From the NCBI GenBank assembly GCA_016190205.1, contig JACPQZ010000076.1, positions 4,632 through 68,631 of the forward strand: a DNA stretch of 64,000 nt, read 5' to 3'. The position numbers were made by a program, and so were the translations under genes. Position 1 is the first letter of the stretch. Every line of letters starts with the position of its first letter. This DNA is from Candidatus Omnitrophota bacterium (GTDB lineage: Bacteria > Omnitrophota > JACPQZ01). Of the stretch, positions 36,112 through 46,197 are shown piece after piece. The notes under the pieces are model-generated. The model saw only the letters and a list, made by a program, of their open reading frames with translations, was not told the origin of the DNA and made no database searches.

Positions 36112-36894
36112 TTACGATCCGACGCGGGTTCCTATCTTTTCGCCGCAGATGACACGCTTGATGTTTCCGGGACGCGTGGTATTGAACACGATGATGGGGA
36201 GCTTGTTCTCCATACACAGCGACACGGCTGTGGAATCCATGACCTTTAGACCCTTGTTCAAGACATCGATGTACCGAAGCTCATTAAACTTCTTGGCCGT
36301 GCGGTCCTTGACCGGATCGCTGGTATAAACCCCGTCCACCTTGGTCGCTTTTAAAACCACATCGGCGTTGATCTCGATGCCGCGCAGCGCGGCAGTGGTA
36401 TCGGTGGTAAAGTAGGGATTGCCCGTGCCGCCCGCAAGGATAACGACGCGGCCTTTTTCCAAATGGCGGATCGCACGCCTGCGGATATAGGGCTCGGCGA
36501 TCTGGGACACCTCGATGGCCGTCATGACGCGCGTATAGACACCCTGCTTTTCCAGGGCATCTTGGAGCGCCATGCCGTTAATGATGGTGGCCAGCATCCC
36601 CATGTAATCCGCCGTGGCGGGCGCGATGGTGTGCTGGGCGCGGGCCGCGCCGCGGAAGATATTCCCCCCTCCCACAACGATCGCGACGTCCACTTTGAGC
36701 GCATGGACCTCACGGATTTCCCTGGCTAGGTGGGTAAGGGCGTCGGGGTCAATGCCATGTCCCTGGCTCCCCTGGAGGGCCTCGCCGCTCAACTTGAGGA
36801 TGACCCTTTTGTAGGCTGGCTTTTCCTGCGCCGGGCGGGCGCGGCCGCGCCCTGCGGCAGACGAAGCCTGCTCCGCTTGGCTAGGTTGTGACAT
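36112..36894 (-). CDS. pyrH: UMP kinase
   Basis: Contains [12 protein letters not shown] and GGGNIFRG motifs. Confidence 0.9.
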   Translation of the reverse strand: MSQPSQAEQASSAAGRGRARPAQEKPAYKRVILKLSGEALQGSQGHGIDPDALTHLAREIREVHALKVDVAIVVGGGNIFRGAARAQHTIAPATADYMGMLATIINGMALQDALEKQGVYTRVMTAIEVSQIAEPYIRRRAIRHLEKGRVVILAGGTGNPYFTTDTTAALRGIEINADVVLKATKVDGVYTSDPVKDRTAKKFNELRYIDVLNKGLKVMDSTAVSLCMENKLPIIVFNTTRPGNIKRVICGEKIGTRVGS

Positions 36895-37501
36895 GCGGTC
36901 TTATGTCTTCTCCCAGTTCGTACCGGGTGAACCGCCGGATCACGATATTTTCGCCGATCCTCGCGATCGTCTCGACCAGATAGGCCTGAATGTTCACATC
37001 GGGTCTTTTGATAAAAGGCTGGTCCAGAAGGCAGGTCTCCTGATAGAACTTTTCAAGCTTGCCCGCCACGATCTTTTCGACCACGGCAAGAGGTTTGCCG
37101 GAGATCTGGGATGCGTAAATGTTCTTCTCACTTTCCACCACGGCCGGCGGCACATCCTGACGCGTGATATAGCGGGGGCGGGAGGCAGCGACCTGTAACG
37201 CTACGTCTTTGACAAAGGCCTGGAAATCCGAATTGCGGGCCACGAAATCGGTCTCGCACGCCACCTCGATCAGGACGCCCACCCTGCTCCCCGGGTGAAT
37301 ATAGGAATAAACGAGGCCTTCCTTGACCTCGCGGCCGCTCTTTTTTTCCGCGACCTGAATCCCTTTCCTGCGCAAAATTTGAACGGCGCGGTCCACATCA
37401 CCGCCCGTTTCCTGAAGGGCGTCTCTGCACTCCATGAAGCCTGCGCCGGTCTTTTCGCGCAGCTTGAGGATGTCTTCCTTGCTCACAACGGCCGTGCTCA
37501 T
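36881..37501 (-). CDS. tsf: Elongation factor Ts (short form)
   Basis: Reads [36 protein letters not shown]. Confidence 0.9.
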   Translation of the reverse strand: MSTAVVSKEDILKLREKTGAGFMECRDALQETGGDVDRAVQILRRKGIQVAEKKSGREVKEGLVYSYIHPGSRVGVLIEVACETDFVARNSDFQAFVKDVALQVAASRPRYITRQDVPPAVVESEKNIYASQISGKPLAVVEKIVAGKLEKFYQETCLLDQPFIKRPDVNIQAYLVETIARIGENIVIRRFTRYELGEDIRPHVTT

Positions 37502-38463
37502 TCTCCGTGGGATTCTGGTTTGGGTTTGCGGCGCCTCCGGTGGAGGCCCTCTTTAACATCCAGCTCCGTACCCCGGCCCACAACGGTGTCTTCGATCTCC
37601 TCTACAGGCAATCCGGGACCCGCTTCCGGTTCTGGAACGGCAGGTTCAACTTCTGCGGCCGGTTCAGGCGCCTTTTCGCTCTCGGCGGCCGGCGCCTCCG
37701 CTTGGGGAGCCTCCTCTGGAGCCTCCGGCGGCGCCTCTGGTTTTCCCTTATTCACCTTCACGTTGAGCCCTTTTTGATAGGCCGCCCACCCTTCCGCCGC
37801 GGCATCCGCCACGCAACGGACCAAGAGGGCGATGGAACGTATCGCGTCATCGTTACCCGGAAGCGGATAATCGATAAGGTCGGGGTTGCAATTGGTATCC
37901 GCTATGGCCACCACGGGAATCCCCAGCTTGTTGGCCTCCTTGACCGCTATGATCTCCCGGGTGGGATCGACCACGAACACGGCCCCGGGGAGCCTTCGCA
38001 TCTCGATGATTCCATTCAAATAGCGCGTCAGCCGCGCCGCCTCGCGCTCAATCTGCGCGCTCTCCTTCTTGGTCAGGAACTTGAATACGCCTTCCTCCTT
38101 CATGCGCTGGATCTCTTCATACCGAGAAACGCTCCGGCGTATGGTCTGGTAATTTGTCAGAATGCCCCCCAGCCAGCGCTCGCTGACATAAAACATATGG
38201 CAGCGCTGGGCCTCGCGCACCACAATGTCCCGCGCCTGCGGTTTGGTCCCCACAAAAAGCACCGTACCCCCCTGGGACGTCAGGTCGATTAAAAACCGCT
38301 GGGCCTCCTGAATGGCGCGGTATGTCTTCTCAAGATCAATAATATACACCCCGCTGCGCTCGCCGAATATAAACCGCTTCATCTTGGGATTCCAACGGTG
38401 CGTCAGGTGTCCAAAATGAACGCCCGCTGCCAAAAGATCCTTCATCGTAATGTTGCTTTCCAA
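37498..38463 (-). CDS. rpsB: 30S ribosomal protein S2 with an Ala/Pro/Glu-rich C-terminal extension
   Basis: Has the S2 core (GVHFGHLTHRWNPKM...). The C-terminal ~70 aa are low complexity. Confidence 0.9.
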   Translation of the reverse strand: MESNITMKDLLAAGVHFGHLTHRWNPKMKRFIFGERSGVYIIDLEKTYRAIQEAQRFLIDLTSQGGTVLFVGTKPQARDIVVREAQRCHMFYVSERWLGGILTNYQTIRRSVSRYEEIQRMKEEGVFKFLTKKESAQIEREAARLTRYLNGIIEMRRLPGAVFVVDPTREIIAVKEANKLGIPVVAIADTNCNPDLIDYPLPGNDDAIRSIALLVRCVADAAAEGWAAYQKGLNVKVNKGKPEAPPEAPEEAPQAEAPAAESEKAPEPAAEVEPAVPEPEAGPGLPVEEIEDTVVGRGTELDVKEGLHRRRRKPKPESHGE

Positions 38464-38564
38464 GCCATCACCTCCTTTTTACGCAGTGTAAGTCGCTAAA
38501 CGTGCCCCATAGTATATCATATATAGCTCATATCAGAAACCGGCTGAAAGATTTGGGACATAGT

Positions 38565-40367
38565 TTATACCGACATCCCTTCGACCTGCATCTGATAAGC
38601 CTTCTGATATAACCCGCCTTTTTCCATCAGTTCCTCATGCGTGCCGACCTCCTGAATGCGGCCCCTTTCCAGCACAAAAATGCGGGAAGCCCGGCGTATG
38701 GTGGACAAGCGGTGCGCCACCACGAGACAGGTACGGTTGAGCATCAAGCGCTCGATCGCCTCCTGCACCAGACGCTCGCTCTCGGTATCCAGATGGGAGG
38801 TGGCCTCATCCAGAATGAGTATGGGCGGATCTTTTACCAGGGCCCGCGCAATAGAAAGCCTCTGCCTCTCCCCGCCCGAGAGCTTGACTCCCCGCTCGCC
38901 AATGATCGTGTCGTAGCCCCGAGGAAGCGCCTCAATAAAGCTGTGGGCGTTTGCCAAGCGGGCCGCGTGCTCGATTCTTACTTGATCAATCGCCAGGGCG
39001 CGTCCATACGCGATATTATTGCGTATGCTGTCGTTGAACAATATGGTTTCCTGCGTCACGATGCCGATCTGCTCGCGCAGGGATTTCACCGTGACGGCAC
39101 GAACATCCCTTCCATCGATCAGGACGCGTCCCTCGGTGGGGTCGGAAAAACGCGGGATGAGATTTAAAAGCGTGGTCTTCCCCACGCCGCTGGGTCCCAC
39201 GAAGGCCGCGATCTCTCCCTTGCGGATCTCACAGCTTACCCGGTCCAGCACCTTGCGCCTCCCCCCATACGTAAAACTCACGTCCTCGAGCCTGATGTGC
39301 GAGGAGATAGGGGCAAGGGGCGCCGCATCCGGCGCCTCCTGAATCTCTATCTCCTCGTCCAGAAGCCCAAAGATACGCTTCCCGGCCGCCACGAGCTGCT
39401 GGTTGACGGCATGGCAGCGGGCGAGTCTCTTGACCGGCTTCATGAGCGATAGGAGGTAGACCACGAACGAGCCGAATATGCCCGCCGAGAGGCTCCCGGC
39501 CAGGACTTCCCGGCCGCCGTAATAGATGATGACCGCCCCGCACATCACGCCGGAAAGCTCCGTAAGAGGAGCGATGGCCGCCATCCGCTTGACGGTCTTC
39601 ATGACGATTCCGACATAGGCCCTCGTCTCCTGCTTGAATTTCTCGATCTCGTACCGCTCCATGGAAAATGCCTGAATGATGCGCATCCCCGAGATCGTCT
39701 CAAAAAGCCGGGACTGGATGTCGGCCATCTTCGATTGTTCCTGCGTGCTCAAAGATCGGAGGCGCCGCGTCACTGCAAGCACCGGGAGCATGATGAGCGG
39801 AAGGAGGACAAATGAGATGAGGGCCAGCCGCGCGTGGATGAGAAATACCATCACAAGGAACGAAACCAGCTGCACGCTTTGGAAAATAAGATCCGACAGA
39901 TTTTCACTTACCGAATTCTTGACGAGCGCGACGTCATAGGTCACCCGCGAGGCGAGCTCCCCCGTGCGCTTGCGGCCAAAAAAGGGCATGGAGAGCGCGG
40001 CGAGCTTTTCATAGATGCGGTCCTGGAGATCTTTGGCAAGCCCCTGGGCGGTCTTATTCATGAGATACGATTGACCAAAGAGGGCAAGCCCCTTCACCAG
40101 GAACATGCAGGGCACGAAGATCACCATGGCTTGTAGAAGCCACACGCGGTCGATCCCGTTTATTGCGCGCACCCCCTCCTCTACCCATGCCGGCATCGGC
40201 TGGGCAAAACGTATCGCCTGATCGGTCAAAACGCGGTCGATCACGATGGGGATGGTCCCCAACTCCGCCACGCTGAACAGGTTGCCTGCCAACATGCAAA
40301 GGGAGGCGCCGATAAAACATCCCAGGTGCGGCCCAAGCAATCGCAGCAGCCTAATATAAACTTGCAC
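38565..40367 (-). CDS. msbA: ABC transporter ATP-binding/permease protein, MsbA-like lipid exporter
   Basis: Six transmembrane segments plus a nucleotide-binding domain with Walker A (GPSGVGKTT), signature (LSGGERQR) and Walker B (ILILDEATS). Confidence 0.8.
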   Translation of the reverse strand: MQVYIRLLRLLGPHLGCFIGASLCMLAGNLFSVAELGTIPIVIDRVLTDQAIRFAQPMPAWVEEGVRAINGIDRVWLLQAMVIFVPCMFLVKGLALFGQSYLMNKTAQGLAKDLQDRIYEKLAALSMPFFGRKRTGELASRVTYDVALVKNSVSENLSDLIFQSVQLVSFLVMVFLIHARLALISFVLLPLIMLPVLAVTRRLRSLSTQEQSKMADIQSRLFETISGMRIIQAFSMERYEIEKFKQETRAYVGIVMKTVKRMAAIAPLTELSGVMCGAVIIYYGGREVLAGSLSAGIFGSFVVYLLSLMKPVKRLARCHAVNQQLVAAGKRIFGLLDEEIEIQEAPDAAPLAPISSHIRLEDVSFTYGGRRKVLDRVSCEIRKGEIAAFVGPSGVGKTTLLNLIPRFSDPTEGRVLIDGRDVRAVTVKSLREQIGIVTQETILFNDSIRNNIAYGRALAIDQVRIEHAARLANAHSFIEALPRGYDTIIGERGVKLSGGERQRLSIARALVKDPPILILDEATSHLDTESERLVQEAIERLMLNRTCLVVAHRLSTIRRASRIFVLERGRIQEVGTHEELMEKGGLYQKAYQMQVEGMSV

Positions 40368-40582
40368 CGTCTAACACCTTTCTCCGGGGTCTTTTACAGG
40401 CTAGTTCTAAGAAAAACACGGGGCGTTGGTATCAACTGCCCACCTCGGCCCCGCACAGATGCAAATAATCGCTAAGTCTAAGAGTTTAGCACAGTTATTG
40501 ACATTTGCCAAGTCCCTGTGATAGGCTCTTAATCACCCAAGAGGAAGCTATCTACTAACGCAGTAACCAACGTACACATAAC

Positions 40583-41545
40583 ATGTTACCAAGAATCGAA
40601 GGCAAGGGGATACCCATCGGGGTTGTGGGTGTAGGCCATCTGGGATTTCACCATGCCCGGATCCTCAAGAAAACCCCCGGGGCAGAGCTCATCGGTATCG
40701 CAGATACCAATCCCAGCCGCCTCCAGTGGGTCTCGCGCAAGCTCGGGTGTCGCGCCTTTTCCTCGCCCGAGGAGCTCCTTGGGCGGGTCAAGGCGGTCAC
40801 GATCTGTGTCCCCACCGCGAGCCACCATGCGGCCTCGCTCCCCTTTCTAAAGGCCGGAGTGCATACATTCATAGAGAAGCCCATTACGCGCGATCTCAAG
40901 GAAGCGGATGACTTAATCCGCGAGGCCCGGGCCATGAACGTACTGCTCGAGGTCGGCCATGTGGAACGCTTTAACCAGGCTGTCCAGGCGCTGGCGCAGT
41001 ACCCGGGCCGCGTGTACTTCATCGAGTGCCACCGCTTGAGCCCCTTTAAAAAGCGCAGCCTGGATATCGGGGTCACCCTGGACCTCATGATACATGATAT
41101 CGATATCATCCTGGGGCTCATACCGTCTCCGCTGGTCTCGATCGAAGCGGTGGGGGCGCGCGTTCTGACCCAGCAGGAAGACATCGCGAACGCCAGACTC
41201 CGGTTTGAGAATGGTTGTATCGCAAACATCACCACGAGCCGTTTGACCCACCGCGCCATGCGGAAAATTCGCATATTTCAGGAAAACTGCTACATCTCGA
41301 TTGATTATGCCCGGCAGGCGGCCGCGGTATACCATAAGGAATCAAACCGCATCGTTTCGCGCAAAATTAGGATCCGCCGGCGGGAGCCCTTACGGCTCGA
41401 ACTCGCCCATTTTGTCAGCGAGGTCGCCCAACACAACGGCGTGCCCCGCGGGGCCGGGGCCGTGGATACCAAGGCCCGTGATGCCCTGGCTACGGCCATC
41501 GAGATAACGCGGCAGATCGCACAGGCGCCGCATACCGCCGCTTAA
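40583..41545 (+). CDS. Gfo/Idh/MocA-family oxidoreductase, possibly the UDP-GlcNAc 3-dehydrogenase GnnA of the GlcN3N-lipid A pathway
   Basis: N-terminal Rossmann fold (IGVVGVGHLGFHHARIL) of Gfo/Idh/MocA type. It sits immediately upstream of lpxB in the same orientation. Confidence 0.55.
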   Translation: MLPRIEGKGIPIGVVGVGHLGFHHARILKKTPGAELIGIADTNPSRLQWVSRKLGCRAFSSPEELLGRVKAVTICVPTASHHAASLPFLKAGVHTFIEKPITRDLKEADDLIREARAMNVLLEVGHVERFNQAVQALAQYPGRVYFIECHRLSPFKKRSLDIGVTLDLMIHDIDIILGLIPSPLVSIEAVGARVLTQQEDIANARLRFENGCIANITTSRLTHRAMRKIRIFQENCYISIDYARQAAAVYHKESNRIVSRKIRIRRREPLRLELAHFVSEVAQHNGVPRGAGAVDTKARDALATAIEITRQIAQAPHTAA

Positions 41546-41548
41546 AGT

Positions 41549-42700
41549 ATGGCTCCCCCTCCCCAAGGCAACTCCCTTTTTCTGGTCGCGGGTGAGCCCA
41601 GCGGTGATCTCATGGGGGCACTCCTGGCCCGGGAACTGAAGGAGATCGACCCCGCGGCGCGGCTCTACGGCATGGGGGGACCCAAGATGCAGGCGGAGGG
41701 TGTTGCAATCGTCCGCGATCTCACCCAGCACGCTGTCGTAGGCTTTTTAGAGGTCCTCAAACACCTCCCCCACTTTTTGAAAACGCTCAAGGCCCTGGTG
41801 CAGGAGGTCGAACGCCTGAAACCCCGTGCGGTCATCCTGATTGATTACCCCGGCTTCAATTTAAGACTCGCGCATGAGCTCAAGAAAAGGGGCATCCGAG
41901 TCATCTACTTCATCAGCCCGCAGATCTGGGCCTGGCGCCGGGACAGGGTGAAGAAGATTGCGCGCCGCGTGGATAAGATGATCTGTCTCTTTGAGTTCGA
42001 GGTCCCCCTTTACGAAAGCCAGGGGCTCCCGGTCCGCTGCGTCGGCCATCCCTTTCTCGATATCGTCCGCACCCCATGGACCCCCGCTCAAGCGAGGCGC
42101 GAGCTAGGCCTTCAGGAAGGTATCCGCACGATCGGCCTCCTTCCCGGCTCCCGCGAAAACGAAATCAGGCGCCACCTGCCCGTTCTTATCCAGTCCGCCG
42201 GCCTTTTGGTAAAGCGCATCGGACCCTGCCAGTTCGTGATTTCCCAATCTGAAGGCACCGACAGAGATCTCTTCACGCGCGTCTTAAGCGAGAAGGACTC
42301 CTCCCGCTTCCGGCTCATACAGGGACATTTCTTGGATCTGGTGAACTCGTGCGACTTCATAGTGACTGCGAGCGGCAGCGCCACGCTCATTACCGGCATC
42401 CTGGAAAAACCCATGATTGTCATTTACCGGGTGGGATTTTTGACGGCGCTGCTCGCGCGCCTATTCATAACCATTCCCCATATAGGATTGGTGAACGTGG
42501 TGGCGGGTAAGACGATAGTCCCAGAGCTCCTCCAACAAAATGCCACACCCCAAAAGCTCGCAGGACTTGCGGCTTCCATCCTGACCGACCCATCGCGCCT
42601 CGACGAGATGAAACAGTCTTTGCGCAAGGTGCGCGAACTGCTGGGCCAGCCGGGGGCCGCGCGCCGCGCCGCCCAGGAGGTTCTTTCCAGCCTATGTTGA
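41549..42700 (+). CDS. lpxB: Lipid-A-disaccharide synthase
   Basis: Full-length LpxB (FLVAGEPSGDLMGALLAREL...). Confidence 0.85.
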   Translation: MAPPPQGNSLFLVAGEPSGDLMGALLARELKEIDPAARLYGMGGPKMQAEGVAIVRDLTQHAVVGFLEVLKHLPHFLKTLKALVQEVERLKPRAVILIDYPGFNLRLAHELKKRGIRVIYFISPQIWAWRRDRVKKIARRVDKMICLFEFEVPLYESQGLPVRCVGHPFLDIVRTPWTPAQARRELGLQEGIRTIGLLPGSRENEIRRHLPVLIQSAGLLVKRIGPCQFVISQSEGTDRDLFTRVLSEKDSSRFRLIQGHFLDLVNSCDFIVTASGSATLITGILEKPMIVIYRVGFLTALLARLFITIPHIGLVNVVAGKTIVPELLQQNATPQKLAGLAASILTDPSRLDEMKQSLRKVRELLGQPGAARRAAQEVLSSLC

Positions 42701-43941
42701 AAACTGTCCTCGCGATCATGATCGCCCTCCATTTACTTAGCTCCTGGACAGAGGCCCAAGAGGATGGCGTCGCGCTTGAGCCGCCGCAGACGGAAGACAC
42801 AGCAACCCCTCTCAGCGCCCAGGACATGGGCGCGGCGTCCGAGAGCCCCGAGGGCGAAGAGGCCCTCCCGGAGGCCCCACCCGAGGCCCCTCGAGAAGGC
42901 GTCATAGAAATCTTCTACGATTCCGGCGCCCTGCGCGGGAAACTCTCATACCAGGCCGGGGTCTTAAACGGAATGAGCTTTTATTACTACATCACGGGCG
43001 AGCTTAAGGCGGAGCGCGAATTTAAAGATGGACTGCGTGAGGGGACGTCTCGGTCCTATCATCGAAACGGCCAGGTCTTTACCGAGGAGGCATTCAGCCA
43101 GGACAAACCGGCTGGTCCTTCCAAGAGATATTTCGAGGACGGCACCCTCGAAGAAGAAAAAGAATTCGAGGGCGGGGTTCCGCACGGAACGGCCAGGAGC
43201 TGGCACGCAAACGGGAACCTCAAATCAGAGGCCTCGTATAAACAAGGCCTGCTGGAGGGGACGATGAAACGCTATTACGAAAGCGGCGCCCTCCTCGAAG
43301 AGGCGCCTTATGCGAATGACAAACTTGACGGCGTCCTGCGCAGTTTCTTCGAGACAGGCGGGCTGTACGCGGAAATGGAATACGCAGAAGGCGTGCTGAA
43401 TGGTCTACACAAGATCTACGATGAGGCGGGAATCCTGCGCCGGGTGTGGCGATATGAAGATAATGTCCCCTCGGGAGTCAGCAGGGAGTACGACGCGGAA
43501 GGGAGACTGGAGGCCGAATGGCGTTACTCGGATGGAGAGCGGGACGGGATATCCAAAACCTATTACGAAGACGGAACGCCCCGGGCGGAATGGAACTACC
43601 TCAAGGGGCGCCTGAACGGTTTAAGCCGCATCTACGACAAGAAAGGTATCCTGCAGGAAGAGCGCATGTACGCCGAAGATGTCCGGCACGGCCTCTCGCG
43701 GCAGTTTGCAATGGGCGGAAGCCTCGTGATTGAACAGGAATACGCGGACGGAAAACCTGCCAATCCTCCTCGCCTCATCCGGCCAGGTACAGAAGCGCCC
43801 GAGCCCGTAACACCTCCAGAGACAGCGCCTGCTACGGAATCCAAAGTTACGCCCGGACTCGCGACAACTCCTGAAGAACCTTCTTCCACCAAACCGGGAA
43901 CAACAGCGCCGCCTTCGGAAACCGAAGCGTCTCGCCAATAA
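42694..43941 (+). CDS. Secreted MORN-repeat (YwqK-like) protein
   Basis: Has a signal peptide and at least 10 tandem MORN-variant repeats (G.L.G....Y...G.L..E..Y..G). It overlaps the lpxB stop by 7 nt. Confidence 0.6.
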   Translation: MLKTVLAIMIALHLLSSWTEAQEDGVALEPPQTEDTATPLSAQDMGAASESPEGEEALPEAPPEAPREGVIEIFYDSGALRGKLSYQAGVLNGMSFYYYITGELKAEREFKDGLREGTSRSYHRNGQVFTEEAFSQDKPAGPSKRYFEDGTLEEEKEFEGGVPHGTARSWHANGNLKSEASYKQGLLEGTMKRYYESGALLEEAPYANDKLDGVLRSFFETGGLYAEMEYAEGVLNGLHKIYDEAGILRRVWRYEDNVPSGVSREYDAEGRLEAEWRYSDGERDGISKTYYEDGTPRAEWNYLKGRLNGLSRIYDKKGILQEERMYAEDVRHGLSRQFAMGGSLVIEQEYADGKPANPPRLIRPGTEAPEPVTPPETAPATESKVTPGLATTPEEPSSTKPGTTAPPSETEASRQ

Positions 43942-43947
43942 GGCGCT

Positions 43948-45993
43948 TTATGCGGAGAAGTCGGCTAAGATTTGAGCCGCCTGTTCGACCTCTTCGCGGG
44001 TAGCAGCGTCCCGAATAACGGCAAGCCCGCCTTCCAAAACGTGCTTAATATGATCCACCGAAATGGAGATGATGCGGCGGTATTTCGGGTCAGGGTCAGG
44101 TACATAGCCCGGATCGGAAATGACATAGTGGAGAGTCTCTCCTTTCCAGATACGGGATAGATATTCCTCGACCCTGGCCACCCTGATCCGGTTCTCAAGC
44201 GCCACGTCCTCAAGCTCAAGGATGTCACAACCCTGGCGCTTTAGTTCCTCACGCAGACCGGAGCTCGCCTTTGGCAGGGCAGCCGCCACGTGCTCAAGTT
44301 CGATGAGGCCCTGGGCCCTCAGGGCTTGAATGAGCGCAACCGACTCCACTCCCACAGCTACAACGTTAAGAGCCTTTCGTGGCTTTACATCCCCCTCACC
44401 TAGAAGAATTCCTCGCCGGGCCGCCGCTTCCCTGATGAGTTCGAGCGCCGGGACGGGGCTCCTTTGAGCACCGCTTTCCGCGCTGACCGCCGCGACCACC
44501 TCATCCGCTGAAACCAACACATAGGGAGGCACCGGTTCCAGAAGATGGCTTGCCACCGAAATCACGCCGTCGCCGGATTGCGGGGCCGCAGGTTCGCTGC
44601 GAGCAACCATTTTCTGAAGGAAGACCAGTTCCTTATTCGCTGAACCAAGGTTCTTGCTTTGGAAATCAGGGTGTTGTTCAGCCGCGCGGGCAAGCATGCG
44701 CCAAATGTCCCCCTCCGTCGAAGCAGTAATGTTCTCGTGTTTCAAATCTTCAGGCATATTCCTCAAAAGAACAACGACTGCGTGCGGATCGACATTGTAC
44801 GTGAGCCAGTAGACGTAGAGTTGTTCACATATCTTTATATCGCGTTGGCTAAGGTGTCTCATAGTTCTTTTGTATCCTACTTCTCCTTCTCCCCCGGCGC
44901 CAGAGGAGAATAACAACTTTCCATCCGCAACGGCATACGCCTTATCCTTAATTTGCGAAACTCCCCAGCTCAATATCCACGCGAGGTCATTAAAGGAATC
45001 TGCCGGCGCGCCCGCCTCCGTCATCCCATCCCCCCGGGCCACTTCCATGAGTCCATCGCCTTCTACACGATCCACAATCTCGCGCTGCAGCTGTTCGAGT
45101 TCCGTAAGCGTCGAAATGATTTCTGGAGTCGCTGGAACAACCGGGATAGGTACTGCGAAGTGCTTAAGATAATAGAGCGAATTATGAATAATGTAAATAA
45201 CAACGTCGCTCTCCTCGATGCGCGCGCGCTGCAACAACAACCTCACAGCTTTGTTTACTTCAGCTTGGACCCTATGCAGGTTACGGTGTTGGACGAAACC
45301 CAGGCCATAGGCAACGGCGGCCCGGACCTTGACGTCATCGTCATTCAAAAATGTGTCCAGCTCCTGCCAATCAACAGAGTACAAGACATGGTATTGCCAT
45401 AAAACAACCCGTCCCAGCGCTTGAGCGACTCGATCCCAATCCCGCTCCGCAAGAAACATTGCTAACCTATGATTTCTTTTTAAAATCACTTCATTCTCCG
45501 GATCGCCCACTCCGTCACCCTGCGCAGCAGGCTTCCGGGCAGACGGGTCCAGGATATTTACATACACGCCGTCTCCAAAAGGGCCCTCGGTTTGGATGGA
45601 AGCAGGCTCGGGATAAGAAGAGACCAGAAAACGAACGGGGTTGGCATCCAGAGCGGCGGTGACCAGAACACCACCCTCTTTAATCTCGAATGAAGCGTCC
45701 TCCAAGGCAGTGCCCTTGACCAGAGGGCCTATATCGGGAAAATCCTGTGTGAGATGAACACGTCCCGGTACAAGCGAAAACCCGGGTTCCTGTGCCAGGG
45801 CCCTCTCGTGAAGTTCAGTTAAAACCGTGAAGGTCCGTAACTCCTGCGAGAAACCCCTAAGCTTTTGAAACGCAGATTCGGATGCGAGATAGTGGGGGGA
45901 AAAATCAGAGGCCACACCTGGTGAGACATTGCCCAGGAAGAGAGTAGTAAACAACAAACAAACGGATATCGGTTTTTTGAGGCAGTCTTTCAT
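43948..45993 (-). CDS. Large secreted hypothetical protein
   Basis: 681-aa ORF with an N-terminal signal peptide. No confidently recognised domain. Confidence 0.4.
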   Translation of the reverse strand: MKDCLKKPISVCLLFTTLFLGNVSPGVASDFSPHYLASESAFQKLRGFSQELRTFTVLTELHERALAQEPGFSLVPGRVHLTQDFPDIGPLVKGTALEDASFEIKEGGVLVTAALDANPVRFLVSSYPEPASIQTEGPFGDGVYVNILDPSARKPAAQGDGVGDPENEVILKRNHRLAMFLAERDWDRVAQALGRVVLWQYHVLYSVDWQELDTFLNDDDVKVRAAVAYGLGFVQHRNLHRVQAEVNKAVRLLLQRARIEESDVVIYIIHNSLYYLKHFAVPIPVVPATPEIISTLTELEQLQREIVDRVEGDGLMEVARGDGMTEAGAPADSFNDLAWILSWGVSQIKDKAYAVADGKLLFSSGAGGEGEVGYKRTMRHLSQRDIKICEQLYVYWLTYNVDPHAVVVLLRNMPEDLKHENITASTEGDIWRMLARAAEQHPDFQSKNLGSANKELVFLQKMVARSEPAAPQSGDGVISVASHLLEPVPPYVLVSADEVVAAVSAESGAQRSPVPALELIREAAARRGILLGEGDVKPRKALNVVAVGVESVALIQALRAQGLIELEHVAAALPKASSGLREELKRQGCDILELEDVALENRIRVARVEEYLSRIWKGETLHYVISDPGYVPDPDPKYRRIISISVDHIKHVLEGGLAVIRDAATREEVEQAAQILADFSA

Positions 45994-46139
45994 ACCGTGG
46001 GGCGGTATGAACTAAAGAAATGGAATGTTCTGAGCGTGGGGGCGGGGTTTGGCATCTCTAGTGGTTAATTCTAAAATACAAAATTGCCTTAGTCAAGTAG
46101 AAACTTTTGTAACACACAAAAACAATATGAAAATTACAA

Positions 46140-46178
46140 CACGAAGGCCAACCGTAACTTACGGCTGGCCTAGGTGTT
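46140..46178 (-). terminator. Putative intrinsic terminator downstream of glnA
   Basis: On the minus strand, the hairpin AGGCCAGCCGTAAGTTACGGTTGGCCT is followed by a T-rich tract. Confidence 0.4.
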
Positions 46179-46197
46179 GTTGAGCCTTAAATTGAAC

